This document shows, piece by piece, positions 8,967-17,897 of a stretch of DNA of 64,000 nt. The notes under the pieces were generated by a model that saw only the letters and a list, made by a program, of their open reading frames with translations, was not told the DNA's origin and searched no databases. The stretch's first letter is position 1, and each line of letters begins with the position of its first letter. The translations under genes were made by a program, and so were the position numbers. Origin of the DNA: an uncultured bacterium (GTDB taxonomy: Bacteria; Desulfobacterota; GWC2-55-46); the NCBI GenBank assembly GCA_905339405.1, contig CAJPGC010000030.1, positions 43,956 to 107,955 on the forward strand. Direction: 5' to 3'.

Positions 8967-9542
8967 TTACATCCCCTTCGTGACAAGCGACACCTTCATC
9001 CTGACGTCGAGGAGGTCAGGGTCCTCGAACCTCGACTTCATCGAAAACTCCCTTACGGCCATGAGCTTTCCGCCGGACTCGGCATGGTAGAGGAAGTTCA
9101 CGAGCTGATTGAGGTCGACCGCTTCGAGCCTCACCTCCGCCGGTTTGTCGATATACCCCGGAGAAGGCCTCTCCTCGAGAGGCTTGACCGAGGCCACCCT
9201 CTCCTTTATGCCCGTCCTTTTGGCTATTTCCTCTATCGCTGACACCGGGGATTCGCCCGATTCAGCCGCACGCTGGCTGACCATGTCCAGGGCGGTCTTC
9301 TTGCCGATGTAATCGGCCTTAAGGGAGGCCATCACGCCTATCTCCTTTTTTTTCGCCTCCACGGCCTTCCTTACGGAAGCGTAGCTGCCGTATAACGTGA
9401 GGCCGCCCGCAAGGAGCGCAAGCGGGATAACGGCGTAAATGGCGTAAAGGTAGGCCTTTTTCCTGTCGGGACGGCCCTTGAGGAAGCCCGCCATCGCCTC
9501 TTTCAAATGTATGACCGGATATGGCAGTCTCATCTCCATCAT
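8967..9542 (-). CDS. gspM: Type II secretion protein M
   Basis: One TM, coiled coil and ferredoxin-like C-terminus; follows gspL. Confidence 0.75.
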   Translation of the reverse strand: MMEMRLPYPVIHLKEAMAGFLKGRPDRKKAYLYAIYAVIPLALLAGGLTLYGSYASVRKAVEAKKKEIGVMASLKADYIGKKTALDMVSQRAAESGESPVSAIEEIAKRTGIKERVASVKPLEERPSPGYIDKPAEVRLEAVDLNQLVNFLYHAESGGKLMAVREFSMKSRFEDPDLLDVRMKVSLVTKGM

Positions 9543-10867
9543 TTTACCTCGATTGCAGCGTTTATGCTGAAGGACGTCCTGCCGCCGGGCTTGGCCCTCG
9601 TCTCGCCCATGGCCGCGTCCTTGAACCCGGCCTTCTGGAGGGCCTCTTTCACTGAGTTGGCGGCGTTAAAGGCAGGGGCCTCTCCCCTTACCGCTACCCT
9701 GCCGTCGGCAAGCGAAAATTCGTCTATTTTGACGCCCAAGCCTTCGGGAACGGCTTCAGCCACGCTCTTCAATACGTCAAGGGACTTGCCGGAGCTTCCG
9801 AGAGAAGCCGACTCCTTCTCAACCGCCTTGAGCTTGGCCTCGAGCTGGTAGACAGGGTCAACGACGTTGCTCTCGGAAGGGAAAAGCTCCTGGTAGGAGG
9901 CCCTCAAAGACTGCCTGTAGGCCTCGAGCTCGCCGGTGAGCCCCCTGTACCTCGCGTAGAAGTCCGCGCCCACAAGCACCAGAAGAGAGGCGCAAAGGGC
10001 GGCCGTGAGCCTGAGCCTCCTCCTGAACGCGGCACGCTCCTTCGTGTACTCGAACTCGCCTCTCCTGAAGTTTACGATGGTGCCGGCAAGCCCCTTATCG
10101 AGGAGCATCGACAATGCCAGTGCTTCAGCGGCCTCCGGGGCGATTGAGCCAGGCAGGTCGAGCGGGACGAGATGGGCACCGCCGAACATCTCCTGCAACG
10201 CCTCCCTGTCGTTCTCCCAGCCGGAGAAATGGAGCTCTTCGACAGTAATCCCTTCTGCGTCGAGAAAAGCCACCCCGAGCCCGACGTTGTCGAGTCTCCT
10301 GGCGTGCTTCAGGAGCCTGGGCATCCCGTCCTGAACGACGGCGAAAACGCCGGGCGAGAGAACGGCCCTGCACCCCTCAGTGCCGAAAAGCTCGTTCATG
10401 AGCACCGGCATTGCGAAGAGCCCCGGCCCCATCCATACTGGGTCTATCCCCAGAGCCGAGAGCGCGTCGAGATAGCCCCTCAAAACGCGCTTTTCCACGG
10501 CGACTGCCATGACCTTGCTTTCACCGAGCTGGACCGCGTCGGCGACGACGTCGTCGACCTCAACGTGGAGAAACCCGGCCAGCTCGAACGGCAGCGCCTC
10601 TATTATCTTTTTCCTGTCCTCGAACGGCAGCTCCACTATCCTGATGGAAAGGTCTTCCGGCGGTATGCCTACGGCTACCTTATCGAAGCCCTTGAAACCC
10701 CTTTTTCCCGCAAGAGGCAGCAGCAGGGCCGAGAGCGCCTGCTTGACTCCACCCTCCGCAGTCACAGGCTGGGAATGGACGGTAACGGGCTCGACCCTTC
10801 CGGCAAGGAAGACCCCGGCCCTTACGGCTTCCCTTCCTATATCAATGACAAGGTTCTTTTTCGACAT
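9539..10867 (-). CDS. gspL: Type II secretion protein L
   Basis: Actin-like N-domain (IDIG, LPFEDRKKI..LPFEL), NFRRGEF, TM and PilN-like C-terminus. Confidence 0.85.
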   Translation of the reverse strand: MSKKNLVIDIGREAVRAGVFLAGRVEPVTVHSQPVTAEGGVKQALSALLLPLAGKRGFKGFDKVAVGIPPEDLSIRIVELPFEDRKKIIEALPFELAGFLHVEVDDVVADAVQLGESKVMAVAVEKRVLRGYLDALSALGIDPVWMGPGLFAMPVLMNELFGTEGCRAVLSPGVFAVVQDGMPRLLKHARRLDNVGLGVAFLDAEGITVEELHFSGWENDREALQEMFGGAHLVPLDLPGSIAPEAAEALALSMLLDKGLAGTIVNFRRGEFEYTKERAAFRRRLRLTAALCASLLVLVGADFYARYRGLTGELEAYRQSLRASYQELFPSESNVVDPVYQLEAKLKAVEKESASLGSSGKSLDVLKSVAEAVPEGLGVKIDEFSLADGRVAVRGEAPAFNAANSVKEALQKAGFKDAAMGETRAKPGGRTSFSINAAIEVK

Positions 10868-11794
10868 CTACGTCTCCCTCCAGTAAAGGACGCCCCCTCC
10901 AAGCTGTATGACCGCCTCGACCTCGCGTACCGATTCTCCGGCGGTTGCCCTGGAGAAGACCCGGTACGTCCTCGATACGGTGGTTATACGGTCCTGGAGG
11001 CCAAAGCCGACCCTCTCGAAGCCGGGCACTTTCATTATGTCCGACCTGTCGCGAAACGGCGCTTCCTTCCTCTTCTTTATGACCCTGTCGGCCAGCTCGC
11101 CGGTCATCTCGTCGCTCAACGCGGCGAGCACCTCTTTTGGGGCCGTGTTTATGTTCACCAGCCCATCCGCGCCGTACGGCGTAAGGTACCTGCTGACTGC
11201 CATAAAAACATCGGGTTTGAAACCTTTTACAAGTAAAAGCTCATCAAGCGCCTCAAGGTGATTGTTCCTCGGTTTATACGGCCTGGGCCCTGAGCCGTAC
11301 TGATGCACCTCCGCGCCGCCGGGCCTCGGCACGTCGTCGTTGTCAATCCAGTCGGCCATCGAGTCAACGAGTGCGTCTTCGAGCTTTAAATCCTTTACGA
11401 GCTTCCTCAGCGGCTTTTCAACCCTCGGGTCGGACAGGCCGGTCAGTGGGTAGACCGCCTTCATCGAAAGTTTTCCCGCTTCGTCAACCGCCCTTATTTC
11501 AACAGAGAGCCCCTCACCGGCCGGTTGCGAGAATACCAGCCCGTCCCTGTCCATTACGAGGTTGCCGTCCCTCCTCAAGAGTTCCTCGAGGCCCGCCTTG
11601 GCCAGCACGACTCCGTCGGTGGCCAGCGCACCTGCCCTTACCGAGTCTTTCAGGATCCCGGCCCTTGAGGAGCCAATATACATCCTGTATGTGAAATCCG
11701 TTACCAGAGTAAGCAGTATCGCCGTGACCAACAGGGCCGCCACGAGCGCGACGCCGCTCTGGTTGAGATAGCGTTTTTTCACGTATTTACGCAT
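10868..11794 (-). CDS. gspK: Type II secretion minor pseudopilin K
   Basis: SGVALVAAL, DEAGKL, DWIDND, ELLLVKG and VNINTAP. Confidence 0.93.
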   Translation of the reverse strand: MRKYVKKRYLNQSGVALVAALLVTAILLTLVTDFTYRMYIGSSRAGILKDSVRAGALATDGVVLAKAGLEELLRRDGNLVMDRDGLVFSQPAGEGLSVEIRAVDEAGKLSMKAVYPLTGLSDPRVEKPLRKLVKDLKLEDALVDSMADWIDNDDVPRPGGAEVHQYGSGPRPYKPRNNHLEALDELLLVKGFKPDVFMAVSRYLTPYGADGLVNINTAPKEVLAALSDEMTGELADRVIKKRKEAPFRDRSDIMKVPGFERVGFGLQDRITTVSRTYRVFSRATAGESVREVEAVIQLGGGVLYWRET

Positions 11795-11817
11795 GGTTGA
11801 CCAAAATACCTCAGAGA

Positions 11818-12462
11818 CTATCTTATCATGGTCCTGGCCGTCGCTGAAAGTTTCTCGCCGGATGAAAGAGTTAAAGTGACGGCAACCGCCCTGGGCGGCT
11901 GCCCTTCAAGAGATGCGTTCCACGCGCCTGCCCATTCCCTGCCGTTGAAGAAGCTTACCTCGAAGCCCTTTATCTCTTCCACCGCCTCAACGGTGAACTT
12001 CTCGCCCTGGAACGCGTCCCAGACCTCTTTGACGAGATCCTTCCTGCCGCCCTCTTCCCTGACGTAATAGTTCACGGCGGAAAGGTCGCCCGTGGGTGCG
12101 TCTTTAGAGTAAACCGGATAGGCCATCGTAGTGAACGACACCGCGCCGGAGTCCCCGTCGCGCCCACCGTTGAAAAAAGTATGCCCGTCCGTCCTCCTGT
12201 AATATGACGCTCGCGCCTCCCTCGAGAACCTCTCCAGAAAATAGCCCGCCTCGATTGTTTTCTCGACTGTCCTGCCAGCGCTGCCGCTTGCCCCGGATAT
12301 CGAGAAGAAGGTCGTATAAAGGGCCGCAGAAAGGGCAGCAGTGAGGCCTACCGCGACGAGCACCTCGATGAGCGTGAAACCGCCGCTGCCTCCAGTCCTA
12401 CTCCTGAAGGTACGAGACAAACGAGACAGGAGGGCCGTTTTTTCGGACGACCTTGAGCTCAA
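11818..12462 (-). CDS. gspJ: Minor pseudopilin J (start may be the TTG at 12420)
   Basis: GFTLIEVL prepilin motif; C-terminal PRAVAVTL. Confidence 0.8.
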   Translation of the reverse strand: MSSRSSEKTALLSRLSRTFRSRTGGSGGFTLIEVLVAVGLTAALSAALYTTFFSISGASGSAGRTVEKTIEAGYFLERFSREARASYYRRTDGHTFFNGGRDGDSGAVSFTTMAYPVYSKDAPTGDLSAVNYYVREEGGRKDLVKEVWDAFQGEKFTVEAVEEIKGFEVSFFNGREWAGAWNASLEGQPPRAVAVTLTLSSGEKLSATARTMIR

Positions 12463-12805
12463 GCCTTTTTACCCCCTTAAGTCCGGAGTCCTCCTCGACA
12501 AGGGTCCATGAATAGCCTTCATAGCCTTCGCCGAAGTCCCCTTCCCTTGAAACTATCCCCTCGAGCTTTATCCTCTCGAGCTTCTGGGCCCCGAGGGAAG
12601 CCACGATTACGTCTTCACGGCTCAGGCTTGCCCCACCAAGCTGGTAGTTGAAGCTCACCACGAGCGTCACCACCACCCCGGCAGTTATGGCGAGAGCCAC
12701 CATGACCTCGATGAAGGTGAAGCCGCGCTCCGCCCTACCCGGCCTTCCCGGAATCTTCCGGCTGGCGCACCTTTGCCCTGCCGGTATATGGATTGAATGA
12801 AACAA
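12398..12805 (-). CDS. gspI: Minor pseudopilin I (start uncertain)
   Basis: RGFTFIEVMVAL; size and gene order fit. Confidence 0.8.
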   Translation of the reverse strand: MFHSIHIPAGQRCASRKIPGRPGRAERGFTFIEVMVALAITAGVVVTLVVSFNYQLGGASLSREDVIVASLGAQKLERIKLEGIVSREGDFGEGYEGYSWTLVEEDSGLKGVKRLELKVVRKNGPPVSFVSYLQE

Positions 12806-13397
12806 CCAAAGACCTCTTTCCAGCGGAAAGCCTCACGTCAAAGGGCTCCGCGCCGTAAGGTGATATGACTAAAGCCGCCTCGCCCCTCGTGACGGCTCCG
12901 AGGCCCGGCGAGCGGACCTCCTCCAGTTGAACGCCGCGTCCGAGCTTTATCTTCCTCAACGCGCTCTCGGCAATTGCGGCGTACTCCTTGCCGTCGGCGG
13001 AGGACTCCACCCTTATCTCTCCGGCGTTGAAGTCGAACCAGAGCCTGTAATAGGAACGCCTGGAAGCGGCCCTCTCGTTCAAAAAGACGGAGAGCCGGGA
13101 CAAGCGGCCTGAATCGGATTCGAGGTTATAGCCCTCGAGCCCTGGGAGCCTCGGGAAGACGACGGCAAGAGCAACGGCGATTACGGCAATCACGGCAAGA
13201 AGCTCGATCAGCGAAAAACCTTTTACAGAGTGGACAGAGTGCGGAGCGCGGCAAGCGAACGTGCGGACAGGTAGACCGGTCTTCTCATCTCCGGGCGGCC
13301 CGGGAGGGCCAGCGCCGGATGAAATATTCATCTCTGGCATTTGACCTTTTTCAATTATTAGGCTTTCCATGAAAATCAGATGTTTTTTCCGTATCAA
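12735..13397 (-). CDS. gspH: Minor pseudopilin H (true start probably downstream)
   Basis: KGFSLIELL; follows gspG. Confidence 0.78.
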   Translation of the reverse strand: MIRKKHLIFMESLIIEKGQMPEMNISSGAGPPGPPGDEKTGLPVRTFACRAPHSVHSVKGFSLIELLAVIAVIAVALAVVFPRLPGLEGYNLESDSGRLSRLSVFLNERAASRRSYYRLWFDFNAGEIRVESSADGKEYAAIAESALRKIKLGRGVQLEEVRSPGLGAVTRGEAALVISPYGAEPFDVRLSAGKRSLVVSFNPYTGRAKVRQPEDSGKAG

Positions 13398-13481
13398 GTA
13401 AGGGTTGGAAGTAAAACGCTGAGCATGAGCATTTTCACTTCCGCCCTGACAAAGAGACCGGGCAAGCAGCGATTTTCAGAA

Positions 13482-13919
13482 TCAGTCCAGGTTCCAGCTC
13501 TCTATGTCGGCGTCAAACCCCTCACCGCCGCGGGCGGCGTCAGCGCCGTAGGAGAGTATGTCATACTCGCCGCTGGCGCCCGGGGAGGCGTAGACGTACG
13601 GGCTGCCCCAGGGGTCAACCGGCACCTTCTTCTTTTCGAGGTAGCCGCCTTCGCGCCAGTTGGCAGGTATCCTTCCGGCCTCTGGCTTTGAAACCAGAGC
13701 CGCAAGCCCTTGCTCGGTGCCGGGGTAAAAGCCGTTGTCGAGCTTGTAGAGCTTCAAGGCCGTCTCGAAGTTCCTTATCTGGACCTTGGCTTCTGTGACC
13801 TTCGCCTCGTCGGTCCTGCCCACTATTCTCGGGGCTATTATGGCCGCGAGGATGCCGAGTATCACGATGACGACCATGAGCTCGATGAGAGTAAAACCTT
13901 TGTCACATCTTTTCATCAT
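13482..13919 (-). CDS. gspG: Major pseudopilin G
   Basis: [25 protein letters not shown] and SYGAD. Confidence 0.96.
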   Translation of the reverse strand: MMKRCDKGFTLIELMVVIVILGILAAIIAPRIVGRTDEAKVTEAKVQIRNFETALKLYKLDNGFYPGTEQGLAALVSKPEAGRIPANWREGGYLEKKKVPVDPWGSPYVYASPGASGEYDILSYGADAARGGEGFDADIESWNLD

Positions 13920-13974
13920 GCGGATATTTTATATCAAAAATTCCAGGATAACAATATTTATACCGTCAGCGCAC

Positions 13975-14002
13975 TTGAAATACTCTCCGTTTTTGTTACA
14001 AT
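13975..14002 (+). promoter_or_regulatory. Putative sigma70 promoter for luxR-gspC
   Basis: TTGAAA-16nt-TACAAT with a TG extension at 13994-13995. Confidence 0.55.
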
Positions 14003-14184
14003 TGAAGTTGCCGGGCGTAAGCAGCTTTCAACGCCGGGCCGCTCCAGCCAAGACGAAAGGAAGGTGTACCGGGGAACAAAACTCAGCCTCCTCGTTCGAA
14101 TACTCCGCTGATGTAAGACGTCCAGCCGCACGCCGCAGAGCCGCAATCCGCAGACCTGTAAAAATCAATCCGGGGTGGGGTTCA

Positions 14185-14826
14185 ATGCGCATCAGGGTTA
14201 TGGTCGCTTTCAGCAACAATCTTTTCTCCGAAGGCATAACAAGGCTTTTGGACGACGAACAGGACATCGAGGCTGACTACATACACGCAGGCAGCGAATA
14301 CAGCGCTGAAGACATCGAATCGGCAGATGTCGTACTCACCGATTTTCCCACTCTCTACGGCTCGTTCGTATCTATCGACACCTCCAGGAAAAACGGCTTC
14401 ATCCTAATCGACACCGACTGCGGCAAAGACAACATAATCTCCGCCATAATGGCCAAGAACCTGAGCGGCGTACTTTTAGGCAACGCCTCCACGGCGCTCC
14501 TGAAGCGCGCCATAAGGTCGGTCGCCCGTGGCGACGTCTGGATGGACAAGGCGACCGTCAAGGACCTCCTCTGGAGCGTAGGGCGCCTCCGCAAGGACCA
14601 CTCGGAGACGCTCTCGCCAAAGGAGCAGGAGATAGTGGCCCTCACGGGAAAGGGCCTGCGCAACCGGGAGATAGCCGAGAAGCTCCACATAAGCGAGCTC
14701 ACGGTAAAGACGCACCTCCACAGGATATTCAAGAAACTGGAGATAACGACGAGGTCGCAGCTCATCACCTATTCGATAAGGAACCCGGCCGCAAAGGACG
14801 CGCTCTTCGGGTTGAAGCAGCACTGA
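14185..14826 (+). CDS. LuxR/NarL-family regulator with an atypical receiver domain
   Basis: C-terminal LSPKEQEI..GLRNREIAEKLHISELTVKTHL HTH. Receiver lacks the N-terminal acidic pair. Start re-called to ATG 14185. Confidence 0.88.
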   Translation: MRIRVMVAFSNNLFSEGITRLLDDEQDIEADYIHAGSEYSAEDIESADVVLTDFPTLYGSFVSIDTSRKNGFILIDTDCGKDNIISAIMAKNLSGVLLGNASTALLKRAIRSVARGDVWMDKATVKDLLWSVGRLRKDHSETLSPKEQEIVALTGKGLRNREIAEKLHISELTVKTHLHRIFKKLEITTRSQLITYSIRNPAAKDALFGLKQH

Positions 14827-14834
14827 GGTAAAAG

Positions 14835-15743
14835 ATGATATCTGAAAGACTAAAGTATTTGAACTTCGGCCTTGCCCTGCTGGCCTTCCCTCTAATGGGC
14901 CTGCTGGCAAAGGACCTGCTGGTCCTCAAATACAGGCCCGAGATAAAGACCGGCCTGCCGCCGGTGGCGGCTGAGGCCCCGGCAGATGCGCCCTTTGAGA
15001 GCTACTCCCCGATACTCGAGCGTGGGGCCTTCCCTTCCGCCACGAGGCAGCTTACGAAGATCGACATCCTCGATGCTGCCGCGGCGGCGGCCCACCCGGT
15101 GCTGACAGAGCTCAGGCTGATCGGCACTTACGCAGGCGCGGCCGGTTACGCTGTCTTTGAAAAGACAGGCTCGGCCGTCCAGGAGGTCTTCCGGACAGGT
15201 CAATCTGTATTCGAAGCTGGCACTCTGCTGGCCGTAGAGGACGGCAAGGCAAAGATTTCCGCTTCCGGAAGCGAAGTCACTTTCACGGTCTTCAATGAAG
15301 AACTTCCCTCGAGCATAACGGAGATGGGAGAGGCGGCAGAGCTGCCGGACACCGAAGACGGGCAGCCTGCCCGGCAGTCGAGCACGGGGGCGAGCTTAAG
15401 GTACACGGAAAAAGTCTCGGAGAATGCGTGGGTGATTGACCAGAAGGCCGTGGCCGCATCCCTCAGCGACATGAGCCGGGTCATGACGGACGCCAGACTC
15501 ACCCCGAAGGTCTCTTCCGGCGGGACGGTCGAGGGGTTCACCCTGACGGACATAAAGCCCAGGGGCATTTTCGACGCCATAGGTTTAGAGGACGGGGACG
15601 TCCTCACGAAGATAAACGGCTACGAGATAGACTCCCCCGAGAAGGCCGTGCAGGTGCTCTCGGCGCTTCGCGGGCAGACGAACATAGACCTCGATATCGT
15701 GCGCGCTGGCAAGCCAAAGAGCCTGCACTACACCATAAGGTAA
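14835..15743 (+). CDS. gspC: Type II secretion protein C (PDZ)
   Basis: N-terminal TM, HR domain (LRLIGT) and PDZ domain (IGLEDGDVLTKING). Confidence 0.88.
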   Translation: MISERLKYLNFGLALLAFPLMGLLAKDLLVLKYRPEIKTGLPPVAAEAPADAPFESYSPILERGAFPSATRQLTKIDILDAAAAAAHPVLTELRLIGTYAGAAGYAVFEKTGSAVQEVFRTGQSVFEAGTLLAVEDGKAKISASGSEVTFTVFNEELPSSITEMGEAAELPDTEDGQPARQSSTGASLRYTEKVSENAWVIDQKAVAASLSDMSRVMTDARLTPKVSSGGTVEGFTLTDIKPRGIFDAIGLEDGDVLTKINGYEIDSPEKAVQVLSALRGQTNIDLDIVRAGKPKSLHYTIR

Positions 15744-15777
15744 AAAAGGAGCGTGAAAAAGCCGAAGCCGGATTGTG

Positions 15778-15786
15778 TGTTATAAT
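15778..15786 (+). promoter_or_regulatory. Extended -10 element upstream of gspD
   Basis: TGtTATAAT in the gspC-gspD spacer. Confidence 0.5.
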
Positions 15787-15918
15787 CTCTACGTATTTTG
15801 ATGTGAGCAGCGCACCGTATTCCATGCCGCACCCTTTGCCGAACGCCGAATCGCAGCTGGCCGGGCCTTTTGCCCGCCACTGCCACCACACCCTCCGATC
15901 GTCATGGGATACTCGCAT

Positions 15919-17874
15919 ATGGCTAAAAAAGCCGCCGTCCTCATCTTCCTCTTCATCCTGTTCGCTATCCCGGGAGTTGTCCATCCTCAACAGGCCGGCC
16001 AGAAAAAAGCGAAAGCCGCCGAGAAGATAACCCTCAACTTCGTTGACGTCGAGATATCCTCGCTCGTCAAGATAATGAGCGAGATAACCGGCAGGAACTT
16101 CATCTACGACGAGAACCTCAAGGGCAAGGTAACGATAATCGCCCCCGGCAAGCTCACGAGCGAGGAGGCCCTAAGCGTTTTCGTCTCGGCCCTGGAGCTG
16201 AAGAACTTCACGATCATACACACTGACGGCTACTACAAGATAGTGCCGGCGGCCGAAGCAAGGCAGAGCGCGACGAGGGTGATGAAGAACGTCGGAGCGG
16301 CGCGCCCGGACGAGTTCATCGTAAGGCTCATCCCGCTAAATTACGTGCCGAGCCAGGACGCCTTCTCGGCCGTCCAGCCGCTGGTTTCGAGGAACGGGCA
16401 GATATCTGTCTTCGGCTCGAGGAACGCCCTCCTCCTTGTGGACACGGCGCAGAACATCGAGAAGATACTCGAGATAATCGCCTCGATAGACTCCCCACCC
16501 TCGGTTCGCGCCCCGGAGGTCATATACCTCAAGTACGCGCAGGCCGACGTCATCTCCCAGCTCCTCAGGAGGGAGGAAGCAAGGCGCGGAGGCGGCAGGA
16601 GGGGCGAGAACGGGGAAGGCAGCTCCATCGTCCCCGACACGAGGCTGAACGCGATAATCCTGTCCGATTCGATCTCGGACAGGGAGTATTACAGGAACTA
16701 CATATCGTTCCTTGACGTGCCCCCTCCGGAGGCCTCGAGCCGCATAAACGTCTACTACCTGGAGAACGCAGACTCCGAGGACATGGCAAGGGTGATAGAC
16801 GCGCTCCTGAGGCCAGGGGCCGCCCAGCAGCAGGCGTCGCAGGCGGCCGGTGCGGCCGCGGCCCCGATAGCGCAGGAGCTTACTGGCGCGAAGATAAGCG
16901 TTACGCCGTTCAAGGCGGCGAACTCGCTCATAATCATGGCCTCTCCTGCCGACTACCAGAACCTTGTGCAGGTCATCGAGAGGCTCGACAGGAGGCCCAA
17001 GCAGGTCTTCGTCGAGGCAATGATAACCGAGGTGACGGTCGACAAGGCTCTGGAACTGGGCACGAGGTTCCGGGTCACGGCGGAAAAGGACAACTCTCCG
17101 GTAGTCATCGGAGGCGTCGGCTCGATAGATTCTACGGCTATACAGGGGATACTGAACGGGCTGGCCGGGCTCACCATAGGAGGCCTCGGAAACCTCCTCA
17201 CTGTGCCAATCACGAGGGCCGACGGCACGACCTTCAATCTCACGGCCCCGGGCTTCGCGGTCCTTTTCTCGCTCTCGGAGTTCAAGGACATAGTGAACGT
17301 GCTGTCGACCCCGCATATCCTGACGAGCGACAACCACGAGGCGGAGATAATGGTCGGCGAGAACGTCCCCTTTCTCTCCAGCTTCGAGCGCCAGTCCGGG
17401 ACGGAGGGGCAGCCTGTCATACAGTCTATTGAAAGAAGGGACGTCGGCATAAGGCTCAGGATAAAGCCGAAGATAAGCGAAGGGGATTTCGTAAAGCTTG
17501 ACATCTACCAGGAGATCTCGGCCATCTCGCCCACGAGGACCGGCGGGGCGGCAGACATCATAACGACTAAGAGGTCGGCCCAGACGAGCGTGGTCGTCAA
17601 GAACAACCAGACGGTCGTCATAGGCGGCCTGATACAGAACAGGAACACCAACAACTCGAGCAAGGTCCCTCTCCTGGGCGACATACCGCTTATAGGCTGG
17701 CTCTTCAAGTCGACAAGGGACCAGAACCAGAAGACCAACCTGCTGGTCTTCATAACGCCGTACATCGTCGAGGACTTCAAGGGACTCGAGGATCTGAGGC
17801 TCAAAAAACAGCAGGAGTTCAACAGGTACGGCGTAAATCCGCAAAGCAACGGGAGGCCTTCGAGACTGCCCTGA
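15919..17874 (+). CDS. gspD: Type II secretion secretin D
   Basis: ITLNFVDVEI, N-domains, QVFVEAMI, LSTPHIL and KVPLLGDIPLIGWLF. Confidence 0.96.
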   Translation: MAKKAAVLIFLFILFAIPGVVHPQQAGQKKAKAAEKITLNFVDVEISSLVKIMSEITGRNFIYDENLKGKVTIIAPGKLTSEEALSVFVSALELKNFTIIHTDGYYKIVPAAEARQSATRVMKNVGAARPDEFIVRLIPLNYVPSQDAFSAVQPLVSRNGQISVFGSRNALLLVDTAQNIEKILEIIASIDSPPSVRAPEVIYLKYAQADVISQLLRREEARRGGGRRGENGEGSSIVPDTRLNAIILSDSISDREYYRNYISFLDVPPPEASSRINVYYLENADSEDMARVIDALLRPGAAQQQASQAAGAAAAPIAQELTGAKISVTPFKAANSLIIMASPADYQNLVQVIERLDRRPKQVFVEAMITEVTVDKALELGTRFRVTAEKDNSPVVIGGVGSIDSTAIQGILNGLAGLTIGGLGNLLTVPITRADGTTFNLTAPGFAVLFSLSEFKDIVNVLSTPHILTSDNHEAEIMVGENVPFLSSFERQSGTEGQPVIQSIERRDVGIRLRIKPKISEGDFVKLDIYQEISAISPTRTGGAADIITTKRSAQTSVVVKNNQTVVIGGLIQNRNTNNSSKVPLLGDIPLIGWLFKSTRDQNQKTNLLVFITPYIVEDFKGLEDLRLKKQQEFNRYGVNPQSNGRPSRLP

Positions 17875-17897
17875 AGGCGAAGGGACGAGTAGACAGG

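Noticed and set aside
13978-13997. Shared AAATACT..CCGTTTTT word upstream of luxR (13978) and the EPS operon (~20765)
   Set aside because: The match needs an indel, has only two instances and lies in AT-rich promoter DNA; too weak to call an operator.
13786-14184. N-terminal extensions in the ORF track (also 27363, 28577, 29497, 31129, 34744, 41369, 46143, 58088, 59548)
   Set aside because: They overlap upstream genes or regulatory elements. Family motifs and RBS positions support the downstream starts used here.
14010-14184. Riboswitch in the long luxR leader (CCGCA repeated four times)
   Set aside because: No known aptamer consensus or convincing stems or terminator could be identified by eye.
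16336-17844. Long antisense ORFs (502 aa here; also 10172-11236, 40102-41505, 47651-48739, 49717-50760, 60154-60999)
   Set aside because: They shadow well-supported genes on the other strand, show no recognisable motifs, and are expected from GC-rich codon bias.
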